Below, one piece after another: positions 56,410 through 58,551 of a stretch of 58,551 nucleotides of DNA. Source of the stretch: a virus (lineage: Duplodnaviria; Caudoviricetes); the IMG/VR virus record IMGVR_UViG_3300011335_000817, positions 1-58,551 of that record; one strand, given 5' to 3'. Position 1 is the stretch's first letter; the number at the start of each line of letters is the position of its first letter. The position numbers and the translations under genes were made by a program. The notes beneath the pieces are model-generated. The model did no database searches. It saw nothing but the letters and a program-made list of their open reading frames with translations, and was not told where the DNA came from.

Positions 56410-56999
56410 AGGGCTATATATTTATACCCGTATGAATGAAAATAAAAAATGTAGAAAATGTGGGTTAGAAAAACAATCCCACCTGTTTGCTAAAGATAAA
56501 TCCCGAAAGGATGGTTTACAGCCTGAGTGTAAGGAGTGTAAAGTGAGTGGGATAAAACAAGCCGGATACAAGTATCAAAAGCAGTGGAATGAAAAGAAAC
56601 GAGAAGAGGGATATTGGGATCAATACAAAAATAAAGGATACTGGAATGAGTATAATAAACAAAGACGTAAAACCGACCCTTATTATTCTCTATATATTAA
56701 TTTAAGAAGCCGAATAAGTAATTTACTTTCAGGACGAACAAAATCCAGACACACCCAGGAGATAATAGGATTAACAACGGATCAGTTCAAAAAACACATA
56801 GAGAGTGAGTGGGGTGAAGGAATGAAATGGGATAATTACGGTTATGGGGATGGGAAATGGGTAATTGACCACCACACCCCAATTTCCACTGCTGAATCAG
56901 AAGATGAAATTTATAAACTCAATCATTATACTAACTTAAAACCAATGTGGTGGAGAGAAAATTTAATAAAACGAGATAAAATAGTATAGTCATACTTTT
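56397..56999 (+). mobile_element. Putative homing-endonuclease insertion bounded by an 11-bp direct repeat
   Basis: gtcatactttt at 56397-56407 and 56989-56999 flanking the HNH gene. Confidence 0.55.
56432..56989 (+). CDS. HNH-type homing endonuclease
   Basis: CRKC...KDGL...CKEC, GMKWDNYG, WVIDHHTP, NHYTNLKPMW..EN..K. Confidence 0.85.
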   Translation: MNENKKCRKCGLEKQSHLFAKDKSRKDGLQPECKECKVSGIKQAGYKYQKQWNEKKREEGYWDQYKNKGYWNEYNKQRRKTDPYYSLYINLRSRISNLLSGRTKSRHTQEIIGLTTDQFKKHIESEWGEGMKWDNYGYGDGKWVIDHHTPISTAESEDEIYKLNHYTNLKPMWWRENLIKRDKIV

Positions 57000-57021
57000 T
57001 AATTTTTAATGGTTAATGAAC

Positions 57022-57052
57022 GCCCTGATGTTTCTACATCGGGGCTCTTTTT
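57022..57052 (+). terminator. Intrinsic terminator
   Basis: gccctgatgt-ttct-acatcggggc followed by tcttttt. Confidence 0.75.
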
Positions 57053-57100
57053 ATGGCACGATCCGTTTTATATATTCACATTAACCAAAAATTAAAAAGT

Positions 57101-57334
57101 ATGATAGTACAAGAATTAATTAATTACCTAAAACAATTTGATCCCGAAACTGAAGTGTTTACTTCAATCACTGATCACACAGACTACACTGTAACCTTAT
57201 CTTTAGACACTAACGATATTGAGTTAGAAGATGAATTGTCTGGTGATAATGTGATTGATGATTATGAGAGTCAGTTTGATGATGAAGGTGATTATAAAGG
57301 TAAACCAGTGTTAGTAATAAAATTAGAGAATTAA
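57101..57334 (+). CDS. Hypothetical acidic protein
   Basis: MIVQELINYLKQFDPETEV. Confidence 0.65.
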   Translation: MIVQELINYLKQFDPETEVFTSITDHTDYTVTLSLDTNDIELEDELSGDNVIDDYESQFDDEGDYKGKPVLVIKLEN

Positions 57335-57522
57335 ATTGGGTGGTCAGAATTGACCACCTATCTTTACGTTAACCAAAAACCATTAATTATGTTTATTACT
57401 CCAACAATCGGAATTTGTCAAGCAATTATCGGATTACCAGAACCAATTAACATTATTATTTTAAATTAAATATGGGTGGGCATTGCTCACCCTTTACCTT
57501 CCCATTAACCAAAACAATTAAA

Positions 57523-57720
57523 ATGAGTGATTTAACAATTTACGATTTAATAGGTAAACGAGTAAAACTGATAGAGATGTTTGAGGACGCAGACCCAATA
57601 GCCCCAGGAACTGAAGGGATTGTTTATAATGTAGGGGGTGATGTGATTAATGTTAAGTGGGATAATGGGCGCACATTAGGAATGATTTGGGAGGTTGATC
57701 AGTTTGAGGTGATTGGGTGA
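57523..57720 (+). CDS. DUF4314-like SH3-fold protein
   Basis: GKRVKLIEM.D..PIAPGTEG.V...INVKWDNGRTLG. Confidence 0.75.
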   Translation: MSDLTIYDLIGKRVKLIEMFEDADPIAPGTEGIVYNVGGDVINVKWDNGRTLGMIWEVDQFEVIG

Positions 57721-57766
57721 GGCAAAACACAACATGTATATTCACATTAACCAAAAAGATAAAATT

Positions 57767-57979
57767 ATGAAAGTACAATTTAAACCGTTTAAGATTTATG
57801 TTGAGAAGTATCACATTGAAGGGGGTAATATTTACCCTCCACGTATTCTTAATTTAAAAAGAGTGGGTATTATATTATTAGTTATTATTGGTATAGTGGT
57901 TATGTTATCCTCTTGTACAACAAGACGTGTTGGGTGTCCTGTTAATGCAACTCATGGTTTTGGTCCTGGTAGAATATAA
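57767..57979 (+). CDS. Small putative lipoprotein
   Basis: Hydrophobic stretch then LSSC. Confidence 0.55.
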   Translation: MKVQFKPFKIYVEKYHIEGGNIYPPRILNLKRVGIILLVIIGIVVMLSSCTTRRVGCPVNATHGFGPGRI

Positions 57980-58055
57980 TAGCAGCAACTAAAAATTAAT
58001 TATTGGTGGGCAGGGAAACCTGTCTACCTTTACGTCAACCAAAAAATTAAACGTT

Positions 58056-58241
58056 ATGAATAAAAAGGAATTAACAACCGAACAATTAGTCTTAATAGTG
58101 TTTATAATGATGTTATTAATAAATGGTCTTATGAGCTGTACTGGTACCAGACCTTTATACCAGCAGGATCTAGAGGGAAGTGTGTGGAAGGTGGGTCCCA
58201 AAACATCAGCAGTAACAGGTTATACCTACAAGTATAAATAG
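58056..58241 (+). CDS. Small putative lipoprotein
   Basis: Hydrophobic stretch then LMSC. Confidence 0.55.
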   Translation: MNKKELTTEQLVLIVFIMMLLINGLMSCTGTRPLYQQDLEGSVWKVGPKTSAVTGYTYKYK

Positions 58242-58292
58242 GACGGGGCAAAACATTACTCGTACATTCACATTAACCAAAAATTATTAATT

Positions 58293-58551
58293 ATGACTCC
58301 ATTCCAACAAGCAGTACTAAACGTACAAGCAGGAACACAGAACGTTCCAACCGTAAGCACATCAGAGGGTACGATTAACTTCTTCAGCTATCAACTCGCC
58401 GTACACAAGTATTATCTGAGCCTGATGAGTAAAGGGATTCAGAACCGACAAGTTAAGCTCCGTGACCTAAAGAATTATTATGGGCTTAAAGGTCGCACAG
58501 CAGCAGATTGCCTACCCCAATTCATCCAATTGATGGAGCAATTTACAGGCC
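58293..58551 (+). CDS. Hypothetical protein, 3' truncated by window end
   Basis: Open frame from ATG at 58293 after motif copy at 58247. Confidence 0.6.
   Translation, partial: MTPFQQAVLNVQAGTQNVPTVSTSEGTINFFSYQLAVHKYYLSLMSKGIQNRQVKLRDLKNYYGLKGRTAADCLPQFIQLMEQFTG

Larger units (their letters stand above)
44778..58270 (+). promoter_or_regulatory. Dense array of GGCA-N12-TAnnTTYA promoter-like motifs, usually followed by a TTAACCAAAAA...AGTTATG leader
   Basis: GGCA at 44778, 45640, 46951, 47181, 48519, 48968, 49425, 49634, 50017, 50310, 50622, 50859, 51208, 51444, 52027, 52216, 52441, 52711, 53866, 54117, 54585, 55273, 55474, 55723, 57055, 57479, 57721, 58009, 58247, with 12-nt spacers and intergenic position. 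Confidence 0.85.

Noticed and set aside
44778-58270. Integron/attC or CRISPR interpretation of the intergenic repeats
   Set aside because: Repeats are two-box, fixed-spacing and mostly non-palindromic; no integrase in the window
1-58551. Stop-codon reassignment
   Set aside because: Conserved genes are full length in the standard code, TAG ends genes such as pol and thyA, and no suppressor tRNA is seen

Overview
A 58.5-kb AT-rich segment of a large tailed-phage genome with essentially all genes on the + strand. The host is probably Bacteroidota (A-rich leaders without SD, a DUF4494-like gene, T9SS-type domains). 1-8.7 kb: replication and chaperone core (family B DNA polymerase C-terminal part, sliding clamp, two clamp-loader subunits, GroES/GroEL, PD-(D/E)XK nuclease). 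8.7-27.1 kb: ~18-kb glycan island with about ten glycosyltransferase-like genes and an apparent GDP-colitose pathway (gmd, colD-like, colC/fcl-like, GT11). 27-32.5 kb: ClpP-like protease, UVR-motif proteins, tRNA-Gln, tRNA-Glu and a tmRNA. 32.5-44 kb: accessory genes including thyA. 44-58.5 kb: an array of small ORFs, most behind their own copy of a GGCA-N12-TAnnTTYA promoter-like motif. Most striking unexplained signals: (1) five tRNA-like RNAs that share one acceptor stem plus T-arm (AGTCAGG...GGTTCRADTCC..CCTGACTA) but carry unrelated structured cargo in place of the anticodon arm; (2) two small genes upstream of thyA that are stand-alone copies of the two insertion segments of that ThyA; (3) the promoter-bounded mini-gene cassette array with antisense-to-leader tracts. 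All assignments were made by eye from motifs; no searches or folding were run.
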